From: a bacterium
GTDB taxonomy: Bacteria > Zhuqueibacterota > Zhuqueibacteria > Oceanimicrobiales > Oceanimicrobiaceae
Assembly: GCA_046757025.1 (NCBI GenBank)
Contig: JBHHXN010000004.1
Location: 1-64,000, forward strand
Length of the DNA: 64,000 nucleotides
Reading direction: 5' to 3'
The notes below the pieces were generated by a model that saw only the letters and a program-made list of their open reading frames with translations, ran no database searches and was not told the origin of the DNA. This document shows positions 20,631-30,068 of the stretch, one piece after another. The translations under genes and the position numbers were made by a program. Every line of letters starts with the position of its first letter. Within the stretch, counting starts at the first letter, position 1.

Positions 20631-20878
20631 GCATGAAAATCAAACTCAAATTTTTTGCCCAATTGCGCGACCTCACCGGCGTCGATGAAACCGAAATGGA
20701 AGTCGCCGAAAACACCACCGTCGCCGAGCTGGCGCACCTGGTAAGCGAACGCTTTCCGGAGGTGCGTGAGCATTTGAAAGTCGTGAGCTTTGCCGTGGAC
20801 AACGAATACGCTTCCAGAAAAACGCTTCTAAATGCGAGCTGCGAAGTCGGGTTGCTGCCGCCCATAAGCGGAGGATAA
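20627..20878 (+). CDS. moaD: Molybdopterin synthase sulfur carrier MoaD
   Basis: FFAQLRD, FAVDNEY, C-terminal PPISGG; adjacent to moaE. Confidence 0.9.
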   Translation: MSMKIKLKFFAQLRDLTGVDETEMEVAENTTVAELAHLVSERFPEVREHLKVVSFAVDNEYASRKTLLNASCEVGLLPPISGG

Positions 20879-20879
20879 A

Positions 20880-21311
20880 ATGGTCAAACTGGTGACGGAA
20901 AAAATCAGCGTGGACAAACTCTTGGAAGAAATGGAAGAACACGGCACAGGCGCGGTGACGATCTTTCTGGGCCGGGTGCGTGACTATGCCCAAGGCCGGC
21001 AAGTAACCAAAATGGCTTATCAGGCCTATCCAGACATGGCTTTGAAAAAAATGCAAGAAATCGAATCCGAAATACAAACTCGCTGGCCGGTCGCAAAAGC
21101 TGTCCTGGTTCATCGTACCGGCGAGCTGCAGTTGGGGGAGGTTAGCGTCGCCATTGCCGTGGCCACACCGCACCGTCGAGAGGCTTTCGAAGCCTGCCGT
21201 TTTGCCATCAACACGCTGAAAGAAACCGTCCCCATCTGGAAAAAAGAAATTTTCGCGGACGGCGAATCGTGGGTGGAAGGGGTGGTACCTAAAAAGCAGC
21301 TCAAAGATTAA
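20880..21311 (+). CDS. moaE: Molybdopterin synthase catalytic subunit MoaE
   Basis: GAVTIFLGRVR, HRTGEL, HRREAF, VPIWKKE. Confidence 0.92.
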   Translation: MVKLVTEKISVDKLLEEMEEHGTGAVTIFLGRVRDYAQGRQVTKMAYQAYPDMALKKMQEIESEIQTRWPVAKAVLVHRTGELQLGEVSVAIAVATPHRREAFEACRFAINTLKETVPIWKKEIFADGESWVEGVVPKKQLKD

Positions 21312-21353
21312 ATTTTTCAGGGAAGCTTTGAAATAAATGTAGTAAAACAACAC

Positions 21354-21522
21354 GGGGCTCTGTCCAAAAAGTCGTGTTTCTTCACCTTGAGTCCTTCGAC
21401 GCGCTCAGGATAGACTTCGTCGAAGGGTTTTGTAAGTTGATTAAAAACACACATGCTTTCCCGAATTTACTTCGGGACTCAGCATGAAGTTGTGTGTGTT
21501 TTGGGACTTTTCGGACTGCCCC
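21354..21522. mobile_element. MITE/REP-like element (inverted copy of the 29894 element)
   Basis: gtccaaaaagtc...gacttttcggac ends; interior tccttcga..gctcaggatagac..cgtcgaaggg and gaatttacttcg..tcag.atgaag match the reverse complement of 29894-30050. Confidence 0.6.
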
Positions 21523-21716
21523 CGGTCCCAAACGAACGTGATATCTGTCATTCCCGAGCAAACGGGAATCAATAACTTGTTGATTTTTCTGGATCCTGCT
21601 GCCGCAGAAATGACCTTCGTTGCTAAATTGAAGCTTTTTGGAATCCCCGAAAAGTGAACAATGTGAAAAAAAATGAAAACACCTGCGCACCGAATCCAGA
21701 TGAGGAGAAATTCAAA

Positions 21717-22022
21717 ATGATGGTTCAATTCAGCATTCTGCCGGTGAGTGAAAATTTGCACATTAGCGAACCGGTGTCCAAGGCGTTGAAAATCATTCAC
21801 GAAAGCGGATTACAGTACAAACTGACTCCCATGGGTACGCTCATCAAAGGCGAATGGGATGAAGTGATGGATTTGATTCAGAAATGTCACGAAGCGGTGC
21901 GCGAAGATTTCGACCGCGTGATGACGCACATTAAAATCGACGACGCCCAGGATCACGACTACGACTTTGATGATAAAATCAAATCGGTTGAGGAAAAAGC
22001 GGGGATTGCATTTAACAAATAA
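21717..22022 (+). CDS. MTH1187/YkoF-like thiamine-binding family protein
   Basis: FSILP, SGLQYKLTPMGTLIKGEWDEV, IKIDD; GAGGAG RBS. Confidence 0.85.
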   Translation: MMVQFSILPVSENLHISEPVSKALKIIHESGLQYKLTPMGTLIKGEWDEVMDLIQKCHEAVREDFDRVMTHIKIDDAQDHDYDFDDKIKSVEEKAGIAFNK

Positions 22023-22192
22023 ACTTAATAATATTGTATTAATTTGATTTGCGCGTGTTAAATATCTCCTTGGGAGAAAGGGTGTTCACGCTTTAGCGTG
22101 TTCCAGACATCCCAAGCAAAGGAAAGTTGATACGCCAATAATCATGTAAAATAAATCGTTTTAAGCCGAACTGACCACAAATAAGAAAATTT

Positions 22193-22516
22193 ATGACGCC
22201 GTTTCGCCAGCATTATTTTGTTTGTACCCATGCTCGACCACCCTTTGCTAAACCTTCCTGCGGGCCGCAAACTAGCCATCAAATTTTGATGAAATTGCAG
22301 GAAGAGGCGGAGAAGCAAAATCTACTGCATGAAATTAAAATCACCGCCTGCGCTTGCCTAGGTCCTTGTGAAGCCGGCCCCAGCATGGTGGTCTATCCGG
22401 ATGGCATCTGGTATGCCAAAGTCACACTGGAAGACGTACCCGAGATCGTGTCAAGTCACATGCTGCAAAATAAACCCATTGAGCGACTAATTTATCATTG
22501 GCCTGAAAATATTTGA
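22193..22516 (+). CDS. Thioredoxin-like (2Fe-2S) ferredoxin
   Basis: FVCT...SC...CLGPC...VVYPDGIWY. Confidence 0.88.
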   Translation: MTPFRQHYFVCTHARPPFAKPSCGPQTSHQILMKLQEEAEKQNLLHEIKITACACLGPCEAGPSMVVYPDGIWYAKVTLEDVPEIVSSHMLQNKPIERLIYHWPENI

Positions 22517-22531
22517 ATTCGAGGAGGGCAC

Positions 22532-23053
22532 ATGGCAAAAGAAAACAGCAAATCCGTTTTGATGATTGTAGCTCACAATAATTTTCGAGATGAGGAATAC
22601 ACCGCTGCCCGGGAAAAATTAGAAAAGAACGGCACTAAAATAACCGTGGCATCCACCACCACCAACGGCGCCAGGAGCACGCAGGGCATGCAGATAAATC
22701 CCGATGTGCTCCTCGATGCGGTGAATGCCGACGATTACGATGCCGTGGTATTCGTCGGCGGTTCCGGCGCCAGCCAGTACTGGCACGATGCCAAAGCCCA
22801 TGAAATCGCCTGTCATGCTGCCAGCCACGGTAAAGTAGTGGCCGCTAGCTCGCATGCTGCCGTCACCCTGGCGGTAGCCGGGCTTCTGAAAGACAAAACA
22901 GTCACGGGGCACGTGGCGGTTTATGAAAAATTAACCGTACAGGGCGCAAACTATTCAGGCAAAAAACTCGAAATAGATGGTAATATCATTACCAGCTCCG
23001 GCGCCAACGCAGCCCGCGAATTTGCCGAGGCGCTGGTCAATTCGTTAAATTAA
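22532..23053 (+). CDS. DJ-1/PfpI family protein lacking the canonical nucleophile Cys
   Basis: FRDEEY, YDAVVFVGG, DGNIITS; the elbow reads AASSHAA instead of AAICHxP. Confidence 0.85.
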   Translation: MAKENSKSVLMIVAHNNFRDEEYTAAREKLEKNGTKITVASTTTNGARSTQGMQINPDVLLDAVNADDYDAVVFVGGSGASQYWHDAKAHEIACHAASHGKVVAASSHAAVTLAVAGLLKDKTVTGHVAVYEKLTVQGANYSGKKLEIDGNIITSSGANAAREFAEALVNSLN

Positions 23054-23056
23054 ACC

Positions 23057-24007
23057 ATGCAAAGTGCAAATACTCGATATCATTCTTACAGCGCCTTTCT
23101 GAAAAACAAATTCGGGGGCAGGGTGCACAAAGTACCGGTGCACGCCGGTTTGACCTGTCCCAACCGGGATGGCGCCGTGGCCACCGGCGGCTGCACCTAC
23201 TGCAACATCGACAGCTTCACCCCCGCTGCCGCCCGGGCGAAAATCCCTATCCAAACGCAGGTGCAGAACGGCATCGACTATTTGACCCGGCGTTTCAATG
23301 TAGAAAATTTCATCGTCTATTTTCAACCGTACTCCAACACGTATGCGCCGCTAAGCCATCTCAAAACTTTGTACGAACAGGCGCTGGCTCATCATCAGGT
23401 CGTCGGGATATCGGTGGGTACCCGACCCGATTGCATCGATGCAGAGAAACTCGACTATCTGGAAGAGCTCAGCCAAAAATATTTTGTCACCGTGGAATAC
23501 GGCATTGAATCGGTGCACGACCAGACTCTGCGCCTGATCAACCGCGGACACAATTTTGCTTGCACCGTGGAAGCCGTACACAAAACCGCCGAGCGCGGCC
23601 TGTACGTCTGCGGTCACCTCATTTTAGGCTTCCCCAATGAAACCGAAGAGCAGATGTTCGAAACCGCGGAGCGGGTGGCCCGGCTGCCGCTCAATTTCAT
23701 CAAGCTGCACAATTTGCACGTGGTGCGGCACACCGAAATGGCCCGTGCGTACGCAGAAAAGCCGTTTCATCTCTTCACGTTCTCTGAGTGGGTGGATTTC
23801 GTCTGCAAATTTCTGGAGCGCCTTCATCCGGACCTTGTCATCGAGCGCCTGCACGGCGATGCGCCTGCGGAGATGCTCATTGCCCCGCAGTGGTGTCGGG
23901 ACGGCGCCCGGATTATTCACGCCATCCAGCGTGAGCTCGAAAACCGAGAAACGTATCAGGGGAAATATTTCAATCAAAAAATCGACCATCAAAATGTGCC
24001 CGTTTAA
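23057..24007 (+). CDS. YhcC/TIGR01212-type radical SAM protein
   Basis: TCPNRDG...GGCTYC, YFQPYSNTY, GTRPDC, IKLHNL. Confidence 0.88.
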   Translation: MQSANTRYHSYSAFLKNKFGGRVHKVPVHAGLTCPNRDGAVATGGCTYCNIDSFTPAAARAKIPIQTQVQNGIDYLTRRFNVENFIVYFQPYSNTYAPLSHLKTLYEQALAHHQVVGISVGTRPDCIDAEKLDYLEELSQKYFVTVEYGIESVHDQTLRLINRGHNFACTVEAVHKTAERGLYVCGHLILGFPNETEEQMFETAERVARLPLNFIKLHNLHVVRHTEMARAYAEKPFHLFTFSEWVDFVCKFLERLHPDLVIERLHGDAPAEMLIAPQWCRDGARIIHAIQRELENRETYQGKYFNQKIDHQNVPV

Positions 24008-24353
24008 GTGTCATTTTGAAACGATAAAGCTATTGGCATTTAACCGTTTGCTGTTGGGCAGGGTTAATAAATTGCTTGCACAAAATGAAAAAATTCAGGA
24101 CTCTCTATATTGGGAACAGATGCCACTTGAATCAAGTTTCCTAATTGGCAGAACGCCTGTGTGTTGAAAAAAGTTAAGTGATCAGATTTATTGTTACCTG
24201 GATTCGAATCCATCGAATAAAGAGCAAAATGATCACGAACCTGATCTGCAAACACCAAGCTAAAGGCAAATAGCTAACCGCCAAAAGCCGATAATCAACA
24301 CCTGATTAACGAAGAAATATTGCCTGATTCTAATCATACACCGCAATCCAATA

Positions 24354-24467
24354 ATGGAAGAAAAACAGCAAAAAACAGCGAAAAAACACTTAATCTTATT
24401 AACCATTGGAATCCTCGGCTTGCTGATATTGTTGTCGTTGCTTTCAATGTGGACTCCAGGAAATTAA
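24354..24467 (+). CDS. Putative small single-pass membrane protein (37 aa)
   Basis: Manual translation MEEKQQKTAKKHLILLTIGILGLLILLSLLSMWTPGN; ends 41 bp before folE. Confidence 0.5.
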   Translation: MEEKQQKTAKKHLILLTIGILGLLILLSLLSMWTPGN

Positions 24468-24508
24468 CAACACCAACCTGAATTGAATTCCTAAAGGATT
24501 AGCAACTT

Positions 24509-25063
24509 ATGCAAGAATTGATCAAAGAATTACTCCAAAAACTGGGTGAAAATCCGCAAAGAGAGGGTTTGCTCCAAACACCGCTGCGGGTGGAAAAATC
24601 GCTGAAATTTTTAACCAGCGGCTATCGAGAAGATGTTTGCAAGATCATAAACGACGCTCTGTTTCATGAAAAATACGATGAAATGGTCATCGTCAAAGAT
24701 ATCGAGCTTTACAGTTTATGTGAGCACCATTTGCTACCGTTTTACGGCAAGTGCCACGTGGCTTACATGCCAAACGGCAAGGTAGTAGGCCTGAGCAAAA
24801 TTCCAAGAATAGTCGATGCGTTCGCAAAAAGGCTGCAAGTACAGGAAAGACTCACCAACGAGATTGCCGACATTTTGATGGATTGTCTGGATCCGCAAGG
24901 GGCAGCGGTGGTTATCGAAGCCCGCCATTTATGCATGATGATGCGCGGGGTGGGCAAACAAAATACGGTGGTCACCACCAGCGCCCTGCAGGGAGTGTTT
25001 CGCGACAATCAGGCCACGCGCGATGAATTTATGCATTTAATCAAAGCACAACGATTTGTATAA
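24509..25063 (+). CDS. folE: GTP cyclohydrolase I FolE
   Basis: [41 protein letters not shown]. Confidence 0.95.
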   Translation: MQELIKELLQKLGENPQREGLLQTPLRVEKSLKFLTSGYREDVCKIINDALFHEKYDEMVIVKDIELYSLCEHHLLPFYGKCHVAYMPNGKVVGLSKIPRIVDAFAKRLQVQERLTNEIADILMDCLDPQGAAVVIEARHLCMMMRGVGKQNTVVTTSALQGVFRDNQATRDEFMHLIKAQRFV

Positions 25064-25083
25064 ACTTTTCAGAGGAGGATAAT

Positions 25084-25770
25084 ATGGCAAAGTTAACCTA
25101 TTTGAGCCATTCGGCATTTTTACTGGAAACCAACGGACACGGTATCTTGATCGATCCCTTTTTTACGGGCAACCCGCTGGCCACGGTCAAACCGGACGAG
25201 GTCAAGTGTGATTTCATTCTGCTGACTCATGGCCACGGTGACCACGTGGGCGATACCGTCGCCATTGCCAAACGCAACAACGCCACCGTCATTTCCAACT
25301 ACGAGATCGTCACCTGGTGCGGTGAGCAGGGATTGAACGGCCATCCACTGCATATCGGCGGCGGCCACGATTTTGACTTTGGCCGGGTCAAGCTCACCAT
25401 CGCGCATCACGGTTCCGCGTTTCAAACGGACAAAGGATTTGTTTACATGGGCAATCCTGCAGGTGCGCTAATCACCGTGGAAGGCAAAACTGTGTACCAT
25501 GCCGGCGACACCGGTTTGTTCTACGACATGAAATTGATCGGTGAAATGCATGCCATCGAGGTGGCGCTGCTGCCCATCGGCGACAATTTCACAATGGGCA
25601 TCGACGACGCCGTGAAAGCCACCGAGTTTCTTAATCCAAAACAGGTTGTTCCCATGCACTACAAAACCTTCGAGGTCATCGAGGTGGACCCCAATGAATT
25701 TGCCAGCAAAGTTGCTGCCAAAGGATTTACCGCCACCGTTCTGGATATCGGCGGCAGTCTGGAGTTTTAG
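25084..25770 (+). CDS. UPF0173 family metal-dependent hydrolase (MBL fold)
   Basis: IDPF, THGHGDH, YHAGDTG, LPIGDNFTM, PMHY. Confidence 0.88.
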   Translation: MAKLTYLSHSAFLLETNGHGILIDPFFTGNPLATVKPDEVKCDFILLTHGHGDHVGDTVAIAKRNNATVISNYEIVTWCGEQGLNGHPLHIGGGHDFDFGRVKLTIAHHGSAFQTDKGFVYMGNPAGALITVEGKTVYHAGDTGLFYDMKLIGEMHAIEVALLPIGDNFTMGIDDAVKATEFLNPKQVVPMHYKTFEVIEVDPNEFASKVAAKGFTATVLDIGGSLEF

Positions 25771-25870
25771 CGGTTTTACATGATTAAATATTCGAAAGCA
25801 ATCGGCCTGGTGACGGTGAGGGACTGACCGAGCCTCCGTCATCAAGCCGGATTGGGAGGGAGACAAAACC

Positions 25871-27214
25871 ATGCCTAAAAAAAAGGGGAAATCTAAAAAG
25901 AAAAAAAACAGCTCCGCCGCGTTATCGCCCAAAACCTATCTCAAAACCCGGGCCCGTAATTTACCCATTTATGAGTGTTTTATCTCCGATAACTGGAAAA
26001 CGTTGCGTATTCCAGACATTGTTGTAGCCAGAAAGCACAAAAACGGTAATATCACCTGCGGCCTCTTCCTTGTGGACCTGTTTTGCCTGGGCGTTGTGGA
26101 CACGTTTTTTGGATTTAATATGACCGAGGCGGAATACCAGGATTTTCTGGATACTTACATTCAGTATTCAATTTTGGAAGAATGCGACTACGCTTTAGTG
26201 CATAACATCGTTTACGGCGCTTTGGACTTTGCGTGTAAATATGGATTTCAGCCTCACAGAGAATTCGCCACCACTCAATACCTCTTGGAAGAGGCGTCCG
26301 CAGAAATTGACCATATCGAAATCGAGTTTGGAGATGAAGGCATGCCGTGCGTGCTTACCGAATCCCTGGAAGAATCCAAGGACATTATCAAACAACTTGA
26401 TAAAACCGCCGGCCGGGGCAATTACAAAGTGGTTTATCTGGAAGCGAACGGATCTGACGATGAATATGCTGTTGCAGACGACTATTATTATGATGATGAC
26501 TTTGATGACACAATAGAAGACCGCCTGAACGCTATCGAAAAACTCGATCAGCTATATGAAGAGAAGTTTGGCAAAACGCATAGGCCAGAAATTAAACCTG
26601 AATTTCTTGAATACCGCGAATATAAGATCACATTCGAACCGCTGAAAAATCCGAATTACTTCAGTCCAGAAGAAGACCAGCTTAAAGCCGAAGAGCTTTA
26701 TAATCTGTCGCGTTCTGGAAGCGCCAGCAAAGCACGTAAAGCGATTCCGCAATTGCTCGCGTTGATGGAGCAATTCCCCAATAATCCCATCTATTACAAT
26801 TATTTGGCAATTGCTTATTCAACTGCAGGTGAAAAAAAAGCCGCCACGGAAGTTTGTAAAAACTGTTATAAAAAATTTCCTGAATATCTGTTCGCTAAAT
26901 GTAATTATGCCCAGTACTTGCTCGATGAACAGAAATTCGAAGAATTATCGGCCGTTTTTGACAACAAGTTTGATCTGCAAATGATTTATCCGGATCGAGA
27001 CGAGTTTCACATCAGCGAGGTGCTGACTTTTTTTGCGACCATGTGCCGATATTTCATTGCCATCGATGATTTGGCCACGGCGGATGTTTACGGAAATTTG
27101 TTAAAAGAATTTAAAGACATGGATAACCCCTTGAAAAATCGGGCCCTGTTCGAATTAACCGCTAAGAAGTATGAAAAGGTTTTCGGTATGCCTCTTTTTA
27201 ATAAGGAAGCGTGA
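25871..27214 (+). CDS. Hypothetical protein with acidic linker and C-terminal TPR-like repeats
   Basis: 447 aa; GGGAGG RBS; FLVDLFCLGV N-terminal domain; helical repeat PIYYNYLAIAY...FPEYLFAKCNYA. Confidence 0.7.
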   Translation: MPKKKGKSKKKKNSSAALSPKTYLKTRARNLPIYECFISDNWKTLRIPDIVVARKHKNGNITCGLFLVDLFCLGVVDTFFGFNMTEAEYQDFLDTYIQYSILEECDYALVHNIVYGALDFACKYGFQPHREFATTQYLLEEASAEIDHIEIEFGDEGMPCVLTESLEESKDIIKQLDKTAGRGNYKVVYLEANGSDDEYAVADDYYYDDDFDDTIEDRLNAIEKLDQLYEEKFGKTHRPEIKPEFLEYREYKITFEPLKNPNYFSPEEDQLKAEELYNLSRSGSASKARKAIPQLLALMEQFPNNPIYYNYLAIAYSTAGEKKAATEVCKNCYKKFPEYLFAKCNYAQYLLDEQKFEELSAVFDNKFDLQMIYPDRDEFHISEVLTFFATMCRYFIAIDDLATADVYGNLLKEFKDMDNPLKNRALFELTAKKYEKVFGMPLFNKEA

Positions 27215-27328
27215 ATTGGTTCGACACGCCGGTAGTCAGGAAGTTGACTTGGGTGAAGTTAAGGCCTCACCGTTTTTCTTCAGAAGATTAATCTTCAACA
27301 CAGTCATTGTTTATGAATAGAAAGCTAA

Positions 27329-28696
27329 ATGTTTGCCAGCGCTAAAATTGACGCCGCAACGGTAATAAATTCTTCCGGGCAATCAGACGCTGTGGTCTCT
27401 GAAACTTTCGATATCAAGTTAAGCCGCCCGCAGCAGCAAAAATCAAGCTCAAAAAAATACCGTAAACCGCGGGTTCTATTTCTGATGCCAACCCGAACTT
27501 ACCGCGCAAACATGTTTTTAGAAGCCGCCGAACGCCTGGATGTGGATGCGGTGATCGGCACAGACCAGCCGCAGACACTGCCGTCCTTCACCGCTGGCAA
27601 AATCCTCACCCTCAACTTCAACAATGAGGAGCGGGCGAAACAAGCCATCGTCGAGTTTGCGGCCGCGCATCCCCTGGCCGCGATCATCGCCACGGATGAC
27701 GACACGGTGGTGGTGGCCGCGCTGGCATGCGAAGCGCTTTCCCTGCCATCTAACCCGCCCGATGCAGTGCGGGCCACTCGTCAAAAGCACTTAATGCGGG
27801 AAATCCTGCAAAAGGCCGGTCAGCCTACCCCGAATTTCACCGTGTGCACCACCGATAAAGATCCGGAAGCTCTCTCCCGGTCGGTACGCTATCCTTGTGT
27901 CATCAAACCAGTATTTTTATCCGCCAGTCAGGGTGTCATTCGGGTAAATAATCCGCCGAAGCTGCAGCAAGCGTTTGCCCGAATCGTCGATCTCCTCAAA
28001 AACAGCGAGCTGAGAGAACGCGGCGGCCCGGCCGCCGATCTCATTCTGATTGAGGACTATATCCCCGGACGGGAATTCGCTCTGGAAGGTTTGTATTCCA
28101 ACGGCATACTAAAGGTGCTGGCCCTCTTCGATAAACCCGATCTGCTGGAAGGACCCTATTTCGCCGAAACCATCTACGTCACTCCTTCGCGCCTGTCGGA
28201 AGATCAACAGGCCCAAATTGTGCAATGTGTGGACGGCGCGGCCAAAGCGCTTGGGCTGACTCACGGACCTATTCACGCGGAAATTCGTCTTCACGATGCG
28301 CAGCTCTTTATTCTGGAGATTGCAGCGCGTTCCATCGGCGGTCTCTGCTCTCGCAGCCTGCGATTCGAAAAAAACATGTCGTTGGAAGAGCTGCTTTTAC
28401 GACATGCCCTGGGTTCGCACATCGCCGCAGTTGAGAGAGAAAGCCAGGCCGCCGGTGTCATGATGATCCCGGTACCCCAGGAAGGCATTCTAACAGAGAT
28501 TCGCGGTCTGGAATGGGCCAAAGGAGTGGCAAACGTAGAAGAAATCAAAATCACCATACCCGTGGGACAAAAGTTGATCCCGCTGCCCGAAGGCAATCAG
28601 TATCTCGGGTTCATTTTTGCCCGGCACCCCAACCCGCAAAACGTCGAAATAGCTTTGCGAGAAGCTTTTGGTTGTTTGGAATTTGTGATTGATTGA
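27329..28696 (+). CDS. ATP-grasp domain ligase
   Basis: YPCVIKP..SASQGV, IEDYIPGREF, FDKPD, IHAEIR, LEIAARSIGG; the true start may be later. Confidence 0.85.
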   Translation: MFASAKIDAATVINSSGQSDAVVSETFDIKLSRPQQQKSSSKKYRKPRVLFLMPTRTYRANMFLEAAERLDVDAVIGTDQPQTLPSFTAGKILTLNFNNEERAKQAIVEFAAAHPLAAIIATDDDTVVVAALACEALSLPSNPPDAVRATRQKHLMREILQKAGQPTPNFTVCTTDKDPEALSRSVRYPCVIKPVFLSASQGVIRVNNPPKLQQAFARIVDLLKNSELRERGGPAADLILIEDYIPGREFALEGLYSNGILKVLALFDKPDLLEGPYFAETIYVTPSRLSEDQQAQIVQCVDGAAKALGLTHGPIHAEIRLHDAQLFILEIAARSIGGLCSRSLRFEKNMSLEELLLRHALGSHIAAVERESQAAGVMMIPVPQEGILTEIRGLEWAKGVANVEEIKITIPVGQKLIPLPEGNQYLGFIFARHPNPQNVEIALREAFGCLEFVID

Positions 28697-28926
28697 TGAA
28701 TCTCGCAAGTTTGGGGGCCATGGAAAGGTATGATGGCTTTCTTTCTTACTTGCATTATTCACGAGAGACGGTTTATCTGGATTGTCCAAAAGCTTTTTGG
28801 GGCGTCATTCCCGCGAAAACGGGAATCCATAACGCAATGGAGTTTATTGGAAAGCCGCTAAAAGCATACAGGCATGACACAGGAAAAATCAATGTTTTTA
28901 GACATCCCTGGAACGCCTCCGCCAGA

Positions 28927-28973
28927 AAACCCGGTTTTGCCTTTTCGTGCCTAAGGCGGGCACCCGGGGTTTT
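28927..28973. terminator. Putative bidirectional terminator hairpin between the convergent ATP-grasp gene and nfuA
   Basis: aaaacccgg...gcct...aggc...ccggggtttt imperfect inverted repeat with A/T flanks. Confidence 0.4.
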
Positions 28974-29109
28974 GGTGTACAACGCCTTCGGCGTAATAGA
29001 CTAGCGTCATCAAAGACTTTTGCTGGACGTTACCTACTCAAATCAACATACCACCTCTATAAATCATTTTTTGACAGCCTTTATTGACCGCCTTCAAGGC
29101 AACCGATGG

Positions 29110-29697
29110 CTACTTCGAAGGCTGATAATACGGATTTTTGCCGTCCGCGTGATCGGTGACATCCATCACTTCTTTGATTTCGGGGATGGCTTCTTTGATC
29201 ATCACTTCCACGCCCTGCTTCAGGGTCACGTTGACCATGCCGCAGCCCTGGCAGCCTCCGCCAAATCTCAGGTAAGCGATATGGTCTTTCACATCCACCA
29301 GCGAAATAAAGCCGCCGTGGGAAGCGATGGCCGGATTGATGCGCGAAGCGATCACCTGCTGCACTTTATCGGCCAGCGGGCCGGATGGCACCGGCGGTCC
29401 CATGGCTTTCGGATTGGTGATTTTAAAGCCGGTTTCATTGAGACCCTGCACAAAGTCCACATTGGCGCCCTCCACCAGCGGCGCGCTCTGCGGATCCACG
29501 TAAAATTTGATACCGGAAAATTCCGTAACCTTATCGGCTTCATGCGTCTGCCCTGGCTCCACGAACGCCAGTCCGTAATCCACAGAAAACGGCGAAGCTC
29601 CGCGTTGGGCCGTAATCCGGATGCCCTGGCCTTTATGGTCTTCCTCCTCTAAAATCGATTGAAATTTTTTTAACGCATTATCACTGAGGTTGAACAT
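29110..29697 (-). CDS. nfuA: Fe/S biogenesis protein NfuA
   Basis: Degenerate A-type domain plus NifU-C (INPAIASHGG...GGGCQGC...DVTDH...NPYY); AGGAG RBS before ATG 29697. Confidence 0.88.
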   Translation of the reverse strand: MFNLSDNALKKFQSILEEEDHKGQGIRITAQRGASPFSVDYGLAFVEPGQTHEADKVTEFSGIKFYVDPQSAPLVEGANVDFVQGLNETGFKITNPKAMGPPVPSGPLADKVQQVIASRINPAIASHGGFISLVDVKDHIAYLRFGGGCQGCGMVNVTLKQGVEVMIKEAIPEIKEVMDVTDHADGKNPYYQPSK

Positions 29698-29893
29698 CGA
29701 GCTCTCCTGCTTTAAATTTGTCAGATCGGCTAAAGTTGTCGTGACTGGTCTTTTTATTTTTAAATCCCGTTTAATTTTCAATTTTTCAAAATAATCGTTT
29801 GTGATTAAAAATGCAAGTTAAATTAAACTGAGCTGCAAAACAAATGCAAAATTCATCTTCTATTTAAAGTCATTCCATCAATTAACCCCTGAT

Positions 29894-30050
29894 TAGTGTT
29901 TGACCGAAAATGAGCGTCTTCATACTGAATCGCGAAGTAAATTCAAGAGAACATGACGTAAAAACAAAAGCTAATCCCCCTTCGACGCCGTCTATCCTGA
30001 GCTTATCGAAGGATTCAGGTTGAAGAAATATGGACTTTTCGGTCAGACAC
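29894..30050. mobile_element. MITE-like element
   Basis: TAGTGTTTGACCGAAAA...TTTTCGGTCAGACAC; interior is nearly collinear with 39053-39200. Confidence 0.65.
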
Positions 30051-30068
30051 GAATTTATCATTTTCAAA

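Noticed and set aside
28693..29004. 103-aa ORF after the ATP-grasp gene; also 14874-15080, 21382-21690 and 29882-30082
   Set aside because: These are translations of REP/MITE DNA (e.g. VIPAKTGIH).
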